From Octopus sinensis (lineage: Eukaryota): a stretch of DNA of 64,000 nt. The notes beneath the pieces were generated by a model, which did no database searches, was not told where the DNA came from, and saw only the letters and a program-made list of their open reading frames with translations. The stretch is taken from NCBI RefSeq assembly GCF_006345805.1, contig NC_043021.1, positions 6,944,001 to 7,008,000 of the forward strand, given 5' to 3'. Below, one piece after another: positions 24,526 through 36,520 of this stretch (position 1 is the stretch's first letter; every line of letters starts with the position of its first letter). A program made the translations under genes and the position numbers.

Positions 24526-25883
24526 TCACACCAACACAGGCTGTCAAGCAGTAGTAGGGAACAAACACAGACACACACATATATGATGGGCTTCTTTCAG
24601 TTTCCATCTACCAAATTCACAAAGCTTTGGTTGGCTTGAGGCTATAGTAGAAGACACTTGCCTAAAGCTTCTTACCACACATCCATGCCACACATGCCTT
24701 TTTGTGTTAATTTATCAGATAAGATATATTAAGGAGTTGAAGGATGATAAACTGACAAAAGCAATTGATAGCTTAACAGTATTACAGCTATTACTTGCAT
24801 AGACACTGGCACCTGTTTACAGCTAAGTGGACTGCACCATTTGAGAGTTAGATGACTTGATTGAGGAGATACCTGAATGATTTCTGGCCTCAGTGGTTGT
24901 CTAGCAACACTGATAACTTTGCTCCCTAACTATGTTTGCCAGGGTATTTATTCAAAACTGCACCTCATGATCAGGATATCATTGCTGATTGCCCTGCATA
25001 GATAACATGGAGATACAAAAATCTTTAGCTGGTGTCCCAATGATTGACTTATGACACTTATCATTGCTCTCCTAGTTACCACAGCCTGAGTAATTTTTAT
25101 AAATAACATTCATTCAGTATTAACAAAAATAATACTTATGTCAGAGTAGAAGCTTTTGCAAAGTAGCACATTCTATCACAACAGCCACGATACAGCACGG
25201 AATTTTGTCAGTGAACAGGTTGCGGTCTCAAAGTGACGAAAAAATTTTGGCAAATTAAATTTAAATGTTGAAGTGAATCTAACGGTTTTTGTGTGTTTCT
25301 TAAATGGCTTATAAACACCTTCCACGCTGCAATTGTTTTCATTCCAGCACACGATCTCAGATCAGGTCACTTGCTATGCAAGTACATCTCTGTAAAGCCA
25401 CGATGCAGTACTTATAATAATCAGTATTTCATCATGTAACAAAAAAGCAAATCTGTCTGTCGGTCTGTCTATGTATCTATCTATACACACACACACACAC
25501 ACATATTTAATATTCTTATACAAGAATGTTGTTGACATTGACTTCGAAGTCATGGCCTGCTAAGACATCATCAGACAGCCCGGACAATGTCTTAGCTGGC
25601 TGAAACTAGTAATTCAATGTCAGCAATATTCTTGTTTAAGAATGATAAAATAACCGTCTAAGGAATAGAAGTATCCATTGCACTACCGGCATATTACTTA
25701 TGTTTAACCACAGACATACATATGCAAACATATTATGTTCATAAGTTATAAGTAAAGACAAAGATAAACACGGGTTTATCAAGAATCAAAATTGACTGCA
25801 GTCTACTTGCATTGAATTAATAAATAATAATTGGTGTAAGTTGTTCACCAGTACTTGTCCATTTTCTGTTTTCTTTATATATA

Positions 25884-26290
25884 TATATCATCATCATCGT
25901 TGAGCGTCCGCTTTCCATGCTGGCATGGGTTGGACGGTTCAACTGGGGTCTGGGAAGCCAGAAGGCTGCACCAGGCCCAGTCTGATCTGGCAATGTTTCT
26001 ACGGCTGGATGCCCTTCCTAACGCCAACCACTCCATGAGTGTAGTGGGTGCTTTTTACGTGCTAGCGGCACAGGTGCCAGACGAGGCTGGCAAACGGCCA
26101 CGATCGGATGGTGCTTTTTACGTGCCACCGGCATGGAGGCCAGGCCAGGCTGGCAATGGCCACGATCGGATGGTGCTTTTTACATGCCACCGGCACAGAA
26201 GCCAGTCGGGGCGGCGCTGGCAACGGCCACGTTTGGATGATTCTCTTATGTGCCACCGGCATTGGTATCACAGCTACAATTTCCATTGAT
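25884..26290 (-). mobile_element. RTE-tail short element
   Basis: Colinear with 10620-11075. Confidence 0.8.
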
Positions 26291-26340
26291 GTTGATTGAT
26301 TTTGATTTTGATTATATATTTTGATTATATATATATATAT

Positions 26341-26529
26341 ATACTAAGCAATAAGGGTTTAGCAACGAGTTGCCTTACCACATACCGAATTTAGAAATAG
26401 CAGTCAAAGGGTTATAGCTATTTCTTCTACTTCTTTTTAGTAGAAGAAATAGCTATAACCCTTTGACTGCTATTTCTAAATTCGGTATGTGGTAAGGCAA
26501 CTCGTTGCTAAACCCTTATTGCTTAGTAT
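26341..26529. repeat. Perfect inverted repeat, 91-bp arms with a 7-nt spacer
   Basis: 26341-26431 is the exact reverse complement of 26439-26529. Confidence 0.95.
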
Positions 26530-27288
26530 TACTTAAATTTTCCTCGAATGAGGCTTTTACATGCCGAAGACTACTTGGTGTAATTGATAATTTTTCCAAA
26601 TTAATTAATTTCACCCTTCATTATATATATATATATATATATAGTCAGGTCACCATATGTAATGTATGAATATTAGGTCCTCATGTCTGAGGTAGCAATC
26701 ATATTGTACAGATGAGTAGTTACTTGATGTAGAAATAGCGCTTCTGGTTCTGTGTCGGGTTGCGATATGTTGATAGTCAAAAGTATGGTGAAACAGTGTC
26801 ATAACAACATCAAAGAGAAAAGAATGATATTCACAGATTTATTTACCCGCAGTGGTTAGTAAGATATTCGTAGTAGTAATGGACAATGGTAATGATTTGT
26901 TGGTTGCTCACTGTAGTGTGTGTGTGTGTGTGTGTGTGGAAGCCAATTCTACTATTCTGTAGACAGAGAGGAAGAAGGGTTAAGGATTATGTTGTCCCTT
27001 GATATTCAGCTGATTCTTGCTAGTTGTAGGTCTGCTAACCAAAGAGATCAATGGAGTGACAGATGCCCTCAGTTATGTAAGGTATAGCCAGGACAGGAAA
27101 TAGGTCAAATCTAAAACAATGGAATGATCCTTACCTACCAAGTATATATATATATATATATATATACATATGTATATATATGTATGTATATATATATACA
27201 TATGTATATATATGTATGTATATATATATATATACATAATATACATATATATAATACATACATACATATATATACATACAAACATATA

Positions 27289-27325
<37 letters not shown>

Positions 27326-27350
27326 CATCGATGATGATATATATATACAT

Positions 27351-27393
<43 letters not shown>

Positions 27394-27491
27394 CTTACAT
27401 ACATATATATATACACATATATATACATGCATACATACATACATACATACATACATAAATACATACACATATAAGCTATATATATGTAAGG

Positions 27492-27735
27492 TATGGACAC
27501 ATAAGAGGTGCAGCACCATCAAAGGAAAATTAACCGACAAAATAGCTTTCGTGTGCGGCAGATGCACAGAGGCAATAGACACCATTGATACTTAGAAAAC
27601 AGATTCCATCACACTCCTGGGGGAGAAACTAGAAATAGTTGATAGTTTCCGCTACCTAGGTGACCAAGTTAGTAGTGGGGTGGATGCTCACAGTGTGTTA
27701 CCACTAGAATAAGAATAGCCTGGGTAAAGATTCCT
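27492..27735 (+). mobile_element. RTE LINE fragment
   Basis: [24 protein letters not shown]...GEKLEIVDSFRYLGDQVSSG...TRIRIAW. Confidence 0.85.
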
Positions 27736-27782
27736 TGACCGCGAGTGAGCTGCTCTAACGACAAGTCCATGTGCCTCCACAC

Positions 27783-27829
<47 letters not shown>

Positions 27830-27860
27830 ATATATATAATATATATATATATATATAATA

Positions 27861-27892
<32 letters not shown>

Positions 27893-28200
27893 GTGGAGGC
27901 GCAATGGCCTAGTGGTTAGGGCAGCGGACTCGCGGTCGTAGTATCGCGGTTTCGATTCCCAGACCGGGCGTTGTGAGTGTTTAGAGAGCGAAAACACCTA
28001 AAAGCTAGACGAGGCTCCGGCAGGGGGTGGTGGCGATCCCTACTGTACTCTTTCGCCGCAACTTTCTCTCACTCGTTCTTCTGTTGGCCTGCTCGCTTAG
28101 CCAGCGGGGTGGCGTCATCTGAAGGTTAAAACAATGCGAAGCGCATTGTGACCAGCGATATGTAGCAACATCTGATAGCCTGGTCGGTGACGTGATCACA

Positions 28201-28203
<3 letters not shown>
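27893..28203 (+). mobile_element. tRNA(Arg)-like SINE family C (octopus OR-type)
   Basis: Head GGAGGCGCAATGGCCTAGTGGTTAGGGCAGCGGACTCGCGG...GTTTCGATTCC. Related heads or bodies at 3265-3590, 4855-5005, 17940-18530(-), 27735-27782(-), 41265-41590. Confidence 0.8.
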
Positions 28204-28244
<41 letters not shown>

Positions 28245-28469
28245 TATAAGTCACATAGCACACCCAATGTGGTATCTCTGTATCTTTCCAATATATAATG
28301 CATCACCAGAGTGTTCAATAGTACTATGTAAATATCATACAGTTATATATTCAAATATACTGGGGAATAACAGTCTATGTCCATCACCATCCTCATTATC
28401 ATCATCAGCAACAGCTTCGTTTTTAAAGCTTCCTTTTAAATGCTTGCACCACCACAGTATCACAGCACT

Positions 28470-28655
28470 TGTCCCATGCTTTTGTCTTCTTTGCGAAGCC
28501 CAGTATCCTGAGATCCATATGTTCCACTTTTGTTCATGTTTTCCTTAGTCTTCTGTGCTTCCTTCCACATTGACCTCCTTGTGGCTCAACTCTTTACCTA
28601 TCTGTCATCATCTATATGCATTACATGTTCGCCAGCAGTGTCTTTTTCTCTTGAA
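28470..28655 (-). mobile_element. Decayed RTE LINE 3' fragment
   Basis: Minus strand resembles 23978-24180 (HVMHIDDD...). Confidence 0.45.
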
Positions 28656-28669
28656 CATTGAACACCTTT

Positions 28670-29039
28670 TCACTTACAAACAATAACTCTGAGCACCTTT
28701 TCAAACTCCACCTCTCTAACACCTGTGGACATATTTACAAAGTCAGAAAACAGCACAGCTCCCATGACTTTAGGAAACATTTTTTCACGCTAAGAGTTGC
28801 TGAAGCATGGGACAAACTACCTGCATCAGTTGTTAGTTGTCGGAGCACTGCATCCTTCAAAACTTCTATGCTTTCTGAAATTCGCCAACACGACACCTGA
28901 GTTTCTCCCCTCCATACACACACAAGCATGTATCTGACTCATGCATTGTTCACTTTCCAGACATTTGTACATTACTGCATGTACTTTATACGCACTTTCT
29001 GACAAGTTGTGGTGCACCTGAGCACTGTATACAATAATT

Positions 29040-29072
<33 letters not shown>

Positions 29073-29078
29073 TATTAT
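28670..29078 (+). mobile_element. CR1/L2-type LINE 3' end
   Basis: SNTCGHIYKVRKQHSSHDFRKHFFTLRVAEAWDKLPASVV matches TRGH..KL....R..FFS.RV...WN.LP..VV; 3'UTR and (ATT)n tail follow. Confidence 0.85.
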
Positions 29079-30921
29079 CTATTAAAATTACTTCAGGATT
29101 TATCCTAAAATATTATGTGCTTGCCATGATAATTGGTGGAATAAAGGGTTATTAGAAGTGCAAAACCATTATTTAGAGTAGCTTAGGCTTTTATGAATCT
29201 CAAAGACAAAGATAAAACAACTCATCATTTAGCTATAAAGCAAAGAAAGGAAATTCTAAGTGACTGAAAAATACACAATCTAATTGTTTAATCATGGAAT
29301 CTGCCAGAGGAATAACTGTAAAGGATAACTCCCTGCCCCTTGTGTAACACCATTTAAGTTTTAGCTGATTGAAATTTCTGGAGTTCTTTCCCTTGCCACT
29401 ACTGAGAAGAAAATTTTCAATAATGCTAATGACTTTTCTACTCATTAGGGTTATAATTTCAAGTACTTATTGATTTTAAATTTTAGCATAAGGTCAGTAA
29501 CTTTGGGGAAGTGAAAAGTTGATTACATTGACCCCACTGTTCAATTGGTACTTATTTTATCAACCGCAAAAGGATGTAAGGTAAAGTTAACCATCTGCGG
29601 AATTTGAACTCAGAAAGTGAGGGCAGACAAAATGCCACTAAGCATTTTGGGGTGGTGTGCTAACGATTCTGCCAGCTTGCCACCTTGTTTCAAATAATTA
29701 TTTAAATCATTTTCACCACACCAGCTCAAGTATGATAGCCTGTACTTAAAATATTCTGCAGAGAGAAGGTACATTTTTGAAATTATTGTATGTCAATATA
29801 TCGTATCTTTTATCTTTTACTCGTTTCAGTCATTGGACTGTGGCCATGCAAGGGCATCACCTTGAGGAAATTTGGTCAAGCAGCATTGGGGGACAAACAC
29901 AAAAACATACACAGAGTTTTTTTTCAGTTTCCATTTACCAAATCCACTAGCAAGGCCTTGGTCGGCCTGAGGCTATAGTAGAAGACACTTGTCCAAAGTG
30001 CCACACAATGGGACTTGAACCTGGAGCTATGTGGTTGGTAATCAAACTTCAAACTACACAGCCATGTATTTCGATGTTTTTGTGTGTTTGAGAATGTAAT
30101 GTGTCTGCATGAATCTGTGTGTGGTGCATGTAGCCTGATACATATAAAGATATGTATAGCTCTGTGTGTGAGTGTGTGTGCGTATTCATGCAAATATGTG
30201 TGAATAAGAATGTGCGAGTGTGTGTGAATGTGTATGCCCTCAGGCACACATCTCTTGACACCAAGTGATGGTTTCTTTTCCTAATGGCAACCACTTTATA
30301 GTGTGTGTTCTGGGTGTGTTTTTGTGCCACTTGCAAGCAAGTTAGAGAAGGGAAGGAAAAAGCAACCGCAAACTGAGTGAAAAGGTGCACACACACGCAC
30401 ACATTTACAAATACAGGTTCATGTAAGTGTGAATGGCAATACAGTGAGAAAATAACTGAATACTGTTAAGCAGAGAGGGATATTATAGGTTTCAAATTTA
30501 GGCGCAAGTCCAGCATTTTCGGGAGAGGGGTAAGTCAATTACATTGACCCCAGTGTTCAACTGGTACTTACTTTATCGACCTAGGAAGGATGAAAGGCAG
30601 GGTCAATGTTGGCGAAATTTGAACTCAGAATATAAAGATGGATGAAATGCTGCCTTAGAGAGGAATAATATTTATACATTCAAAATGCTTAGTGAAGACA
30701 TTTCGTCTGTCTTTACGTTCTGAGTTGAAATACTGCTGGGATCAACTTTGCCTGTCATCCTTTTGGGGTCGATAAAATTAGTACCAGTTTAGCACTGGAG
30801 ACGATGTCATTGACTTACACTCTTTCCTGAAGTTGCTGGCCTTGTGCCAAAATTTGAAACCAATATGAATGTAAATTAATGTCATTTGTGATAGCACAGC
30901 TTACCTTTGATTTAATAAAAT

Positions 30922-31090
30922 AATAGTTGGAGAAAATTGTCAACAATTAAATAAACAAGTTTTTATTCTTTTGATAAAACAATTTAATGAAACGCTATAT
31001 ATATAAAACAATAGTTAGAGAAATTGTCAACAATTAAATAAACAAGTTTTTATTGCTTTAATAAAACAATTTAATAAAACGCTATATATA
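30922..31090. repeat. 88-bp tandem duplication
   Basis: Units start at 30922 and 31010. Confidence 0.8.
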
Positions 31091-31119
<29 letters not shown>

Positions 31120-31123
<4 letters not shown>

Positions 31124-31286
31124 ACTTGCTCTCATATTTAATTCTCTTTGGATTCAATCCTTCAAAGTAGTTTCCATAAGGTAATTATTCCTTATGTACA
31201 AGTCACATATAAATATTTGGAATGTATTTTTTTATCTTGTTGCATTTAGCCCGTCTTACAATCTTTTCACGGCACGGGTATACTAG
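31120..31286 (+). mobile_element. Helitron-like 3' end
   Basis: CCCGT...ACGGG hairpin followed by TATACTAG|T; the terminus is repeated at about 31508-31540. Confidence 0.45.
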
Positions 31287-31356
31287 TATATATGTGTGTT
31301 GTGTGTGAATACATATGTATACATGTGTTGTATACCTATCTATCTTATACATTATA

Positions 31357-31399
<43 letters not shown>

Positions 31400-32361
31400 A
31401 TCTTTTCTTTTTGAAAGCCAGATTTTTCAGATTTTTCTAGTTAACTAAATAATTTGAAACTTCGTATACTGGTAGAATGTGTCAAAAGAAATATATATAT
31501 ATATATATTACAATCTTTTCACGGCACGGGTATACTAGTATATATGTGTGTGTGTGTGTGAATACATATGTTTGTATACCTATATATCTTTATACATTAT
31601 ATATATATATATATATTTGTGTTAGTATGTCTGTTTGCGTCCGATTTCCTGGTAATGCGACTCAACCTTTCTAGCGTTTCTGTGGAGATTGGATTAAGAA
31701 AAATACAACTCACTTAGGTGAGCAGTTGTGTGATGATAACCAGACAGGTATACACACACACCACACACACACACGTACACGCGCACACCACACACACGCA
31801 CAGATCTCATCCATCTATTTATACACGTAGAGTATCTGATACATTCAAAGAGGAAGAAAGTCGGAGAAAAATGAGCACACATCGTGTCAAGGCAACGGGC
31901 GTGTAGATAGGTGTGTGGTGTGTGTGTGCGCGCGTATGTATTTATAATACATTTATGCGTGTGTGTGTGTGTGTGTACGAGACGGGAGGGCATGGATTAT
32001 GGGGGGGATGTTTATAGAAGATATAAAGGCGGGGGGAAAAAATATGCACCTACCCTGCACTTGCGCTAAAACACATCCACATGGATGTGTAGATTATACA
32101 TTTTTTTTTCTTACTTCAAATGTTTATTTATCTGTGTATCCATCTATCCACTTACCTACCTACCTACTTATTTATCTATCTACGCATGTTCGTACGTTGT
32201 GTATATATATATATATATAATAATATATATTATATATATATATATATATATAATATATATAATATATATATATATATAATGTATATATATAGGTATATAT
32301 ATAATATATATATATATATGTATATTATATATATATATATTATATATATATATATATATGT

Positions 32362-32425
<64 letters not shown>

Positions 32426-32430
32426 TATAT

Positions 32431-32470
<40 letters not shown>

Positions 32471-32474
32471 TATA

Positions 32475-32524
<50 letters not shown>

Positions 32525-32592
32525 TATATATATATATATATAATATTATATATATATATATAATATATATATATATATATAATATATATATG

Positions 32593-32633
<41 letters not shown>

Positions 32634-34536
32634 TACACACCTACACAGAGGCATATTCATACAAACATAGACCTTCGAGAATACGCATATGCCTACAAGT
32701 TATAAATCCACCTACACGTACAGACATAACTATGCATATCCAAACTACACAATCACAAGCATATATAGGCACTTGTGTGTACGGTATATAGTTACAGATA
32801 TACATTCTGATATATATATATATATATATATAATATATATATAATTATAATATATATATATATTACTCACACACATACATGTGTATGCGTCTACTGAGAG
32901 AATGAAAGAGAGAGAGAGAGAGAGAAAGAAAGGGAAAGAGAGATAAACGTAGATTGTTCGTGCGAGCTCGAACTGTTGCACACAAACACATTTTCATAGT
33001 CTAATTCACAATTTTATACACACACAGACACATATACGAATTTGTTATTCACTGAGTCACAATGACATCCAGTTACGACTGAACACACTCATACATAGCT
33101 ACAATATTAACTGAAATGTACACAAACATATAGGTTCTACTATATATAATACATTCACACAACACATAAGAGGTATACCATTATATACACTCACAGAGAA
33201 ACACTTGTATCCATAAGTATATGAATACATTCACTTATGTTACAGTAATGGTTAGACCTTGATTTGCACACCTAAATACATACACATAGTTTATGGAAAT
33301 TCACACAAGCTCACACACATTGACATTTACTCATTCATTCACATATATACAGTCATTATTCCTTCTCACTGTTGCTATTAATGTTGTTTAGCCTCCAGGT
33401 CAGTCGTGATTAAAGCATTCCAGCCGTGTTCATTCTGTATTATTCGGGGTTCCTAGCGCTAGATTAACCAACGTGTCCTTTTTTTTTTGAAGACGGTAGG
33501 TTTAATTTCAAGAAAATTTGGCTATTATTTCTAGCAGACTGAGCGACTGCGTAACTGTTATCTTGCTGAGTCGTAACGCACACACACACACACGTTAAGC
33601 TCCAAGTAAGCCCTGATCAAAGACCAACCTGTCCTTTTTATTTTATGGAGGTGTGCTTTCTCTAATTATTATCATTTAAGGAAGATTGATTACTGTTTCA
33701 AGCAAGTGGAGTGACCACATCTTGAATGTCTGTGTATGCAGATTCATACACACACTAATCATTGACTCACAAAAACACACGATCTTAAATCAAACCAACA
33801 CTTCCATATCAACGTTTACAGTCACAATTTGTGAGAACGTAGTAGCCAGCTTGTTATCTTCATATACTTTCTCTTTTATAGCTTCTCATCTACTGTCACA
33901 CCATCTATGGCGCAATTTTTGTTTACTACACAACACAACAAGAGTTTGATTCGCATTCGCACACACACACTCACAAAATCATATAGTTTTAAATCACATA
34001 CATACATATACATCAACATAGATACAGTTTGAAGCAGCCGCACGATCAAGTTCGGTAGATTTAAGATATTCGCACACATCTATTTGTCTGGTTATACACT
34101 ACTAATGCAGCTACAAGTAAGCCCATACATATATCTACAGCTACAAGTAGATGCAGAAATGTACACACGCTCACAGAAATATATATACACACAGGAAAGA
34201 GAGATAGATGTATATATATATATAGAGAGAGAGAGAAAGAAAGAGATGGCGAAAAGCTCAAGAAATATAAATACAAATAAACGATCATAAAACACAAGAA
34301 AAGCATGAGGGGAAATTGATGTAAAAGAAAAAGGTAAAGACAAACAAATAAATATACAGAGAGAGAGAGAGAGAGAAATGAAAGAGAGGGAGTTAACACA
34401 TATAACTAGACGATAGAGACAGACTAATTAAGAGGGAGGGTGACAAATACATCGATATAACGAGGGAGCCTCTATGTGATTACTCGATCTTCTAGAAATA
34501 ATAGCCAAATCTCCCTTAAATATATATATATATATA

Positions 34537-34575
<39 letters not shown>

Positions 34576-34577
<2 letters not shown>

Positions 34578-35075
34578 CTCTGTCGTCTTATAAAGAAAAG
34601 GATACGTTGAAAAATACAATTTCCTGACACACAAAAGGACGGAATGGTTTTGCTGGAACGCTTCTGATCATAGATTTACTCAATCAGAGTAGACCTGGGG
34701 CTAAGCAACTAAACGAATGCGCGTACGCACGCACACAACACAACACATATGTATGAGTGAGAGAGGGCGAAATAAACATACGCACAGCAGACACACAGAG
34801 GAAAAGATATCGAGAGGGAGAAAAACCATGGTCACAGTCACACACGCTATATAACAAACACGATCAAGACACACATACATACATACATTCACGTGAAGAG
34901 AGAGAGAGGAGAGAGTAGAAAGGGGGAGACAACTACACAGTTACAGGCACACGTTATATAGAGCAAGTTCATACACACACAATCACATCAAGACACACAG
35001 TGATACACGTAATACATGTGTACCACAGACAGAGAGGGGGAGACAACTACAGTCATAAGTACACATCGTTATATA

Positions 35076-35119
<44 letters not shown>

Positions 35120-35606
35120 TCTGTCGTCTTATAAAGAAAAGGATACGTTGAAAAATACAATTTCCTGACACACAAAAGGACGGAATGGTTTTGCTGGAAC
35201 GCTTCTGATCATAGATTTACTCAATCAGAGTAGACCTGGGGCTAAGCAACTAAACGAATGCGCGTACGCACGCACACAACACAAACACATATGTATGAGT
35301 GAGAGAGGGCGAAATAAACATACGCACAGCAGACACACAGAGGAAAAGATATCGAGAGGGAGAAAAACCATGGTCACAGTCACACACGCTATATAAACAA
35401 ACACGATCAAGACACACATACATACATACATTCACGTGAAAGAGAGAGAGTAGAAAGGGGGAGACAACTACACAGTTACAGGCACACGTTATATAGAGCA
35501 AGTTCATACACACACAATCACATCAAGACACACAGTGATACACGTAATACATGTGTACACACAGACAGAGAGGGGGAGACAACTACAGTCATAAGTACAC
35601 ATCGTT
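34576..35606. repeat. Tandem duplication, ~541-bp offset
   Basis: 34576-35070 and 35117-35606 are near-identical and separated by (TA)n. Confidence 0.9.
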
Positions 35607-36056
35607 ATATATATATATATATATATATATAACGACGGAAATACATGCACACTGACATAATTAAACACACACACGCACACACACTGATAGAAAGGGGGAG
35701 ACAACCACAGTCATAAGTACACATGGTTATATATAACGACGGAAATACATGCACACTGACATAATTAAAGACACGCACACACTGATAGAAAGGGGGAGAC
35801 AACCACAGTCAAGGCACAACCTCTGTAACAACGAAAACGCGCACACATGTATTAAGATAGGAACGCACTCATACGCAGACAGGAAGAGAGAAAGGTAGAG
35901 AGTATAAGGGAGAAGAGAGAGAGAGGGAAACATGCTCGATCGTACAGCTTTATAACGTACGTACACTATTTACAGTAAGAGAACTATAATAACTAAAATA
36001 ACAACAACAGACGAAATACTCCGTTTAGTCACACACACAAATACACAGCGAGAGAG

Positions 36057-36070
36057 TGACGTCATTGCAA
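36057..36070 (+). promoter_or_regulatory. Perfect CRE palindrome (TGACGTCA) abutting TTGCAA in the striatin proximal promoter/5'UTR
   Basis: TGACGTCA at 36057-36064, about 80 bp upstream of the ATG, in a CpG-retaining region; YY1-like TAATGGCGGC at 36121-36130. Confidence 0.5.
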
Positions 36071-36142
36071 AGTAAAGCCGCCGAGTAAGTAGCAGGAAGG
36101 AAAGGAAAGGAAAGCCAGTGTAATGGCGGCGGTCATGGTAAG

Positions 36143-36520
36143 ATGATTGAAGACGGCCCCGGATCACAACACGGAGGAGGCAGTAGTAGTAGTATTGGTG
36201 GTGGTGGTGGTGGCCAGGTAGTAGGAGGTGGTAGTATCAGCAGCAGCAGCAGCAGCAACAACAACAACAACGGCGCTAGTCCAGTCATCTTTTCCGCCGT
36301 CAACAACAGCAATAGTGTTGGTAGTAGTAGTAGTTGTGGTGGTTGTAGTGGTGTTGTTGGTGGACTTGGTGCTGCTGGAATGGTTACCAAACAACAAGCC
36401 GATGAATCGAGCCAAAGGCCTCAGTATTCTATGCCGGGAATTTTACATTTCTTACAAACGGAATGGGCAAGATTCGAGATGGAACGGTCGCAATGGGAGG
36501 TGGAGAGAGCAGAACTTCAA
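36143..36520 (+). CDS. Striatin-family protein (STRN/STRN3/Cka-like), first coding exon (126 codons)
   Basis: Gly/Ser/Asn-rich N-terminus followed by QYSMPGILHFLQTEWARFEMERSQWEVERAELQ, the conserved striatin N-terminal domain, including the caveolin-binding motif FxxxxWxxF and the start of the coiled coil. Ends at a perfect phase-0 donor CAA|GTAAGT (36521). The expected exon 2 (ARIAFLQGER...) was not seen, so intron 1 runs past the window end. Confidence 0.95.

Noticed and set aside
26540-26600. Hammerhead remnant next to the palindrome (GAATGAGGC...GCCGAAGAC)
   Set aside because: Core too degenerate and stems I and III cannot be formed.
27893-27970. tRNA-Arg gene
   Set aside because: A and B boxes are present but there is no proper acceptor stem, and the sequence continues into a multi-copy SINE body; the same holds for the other tRNA-like heads.
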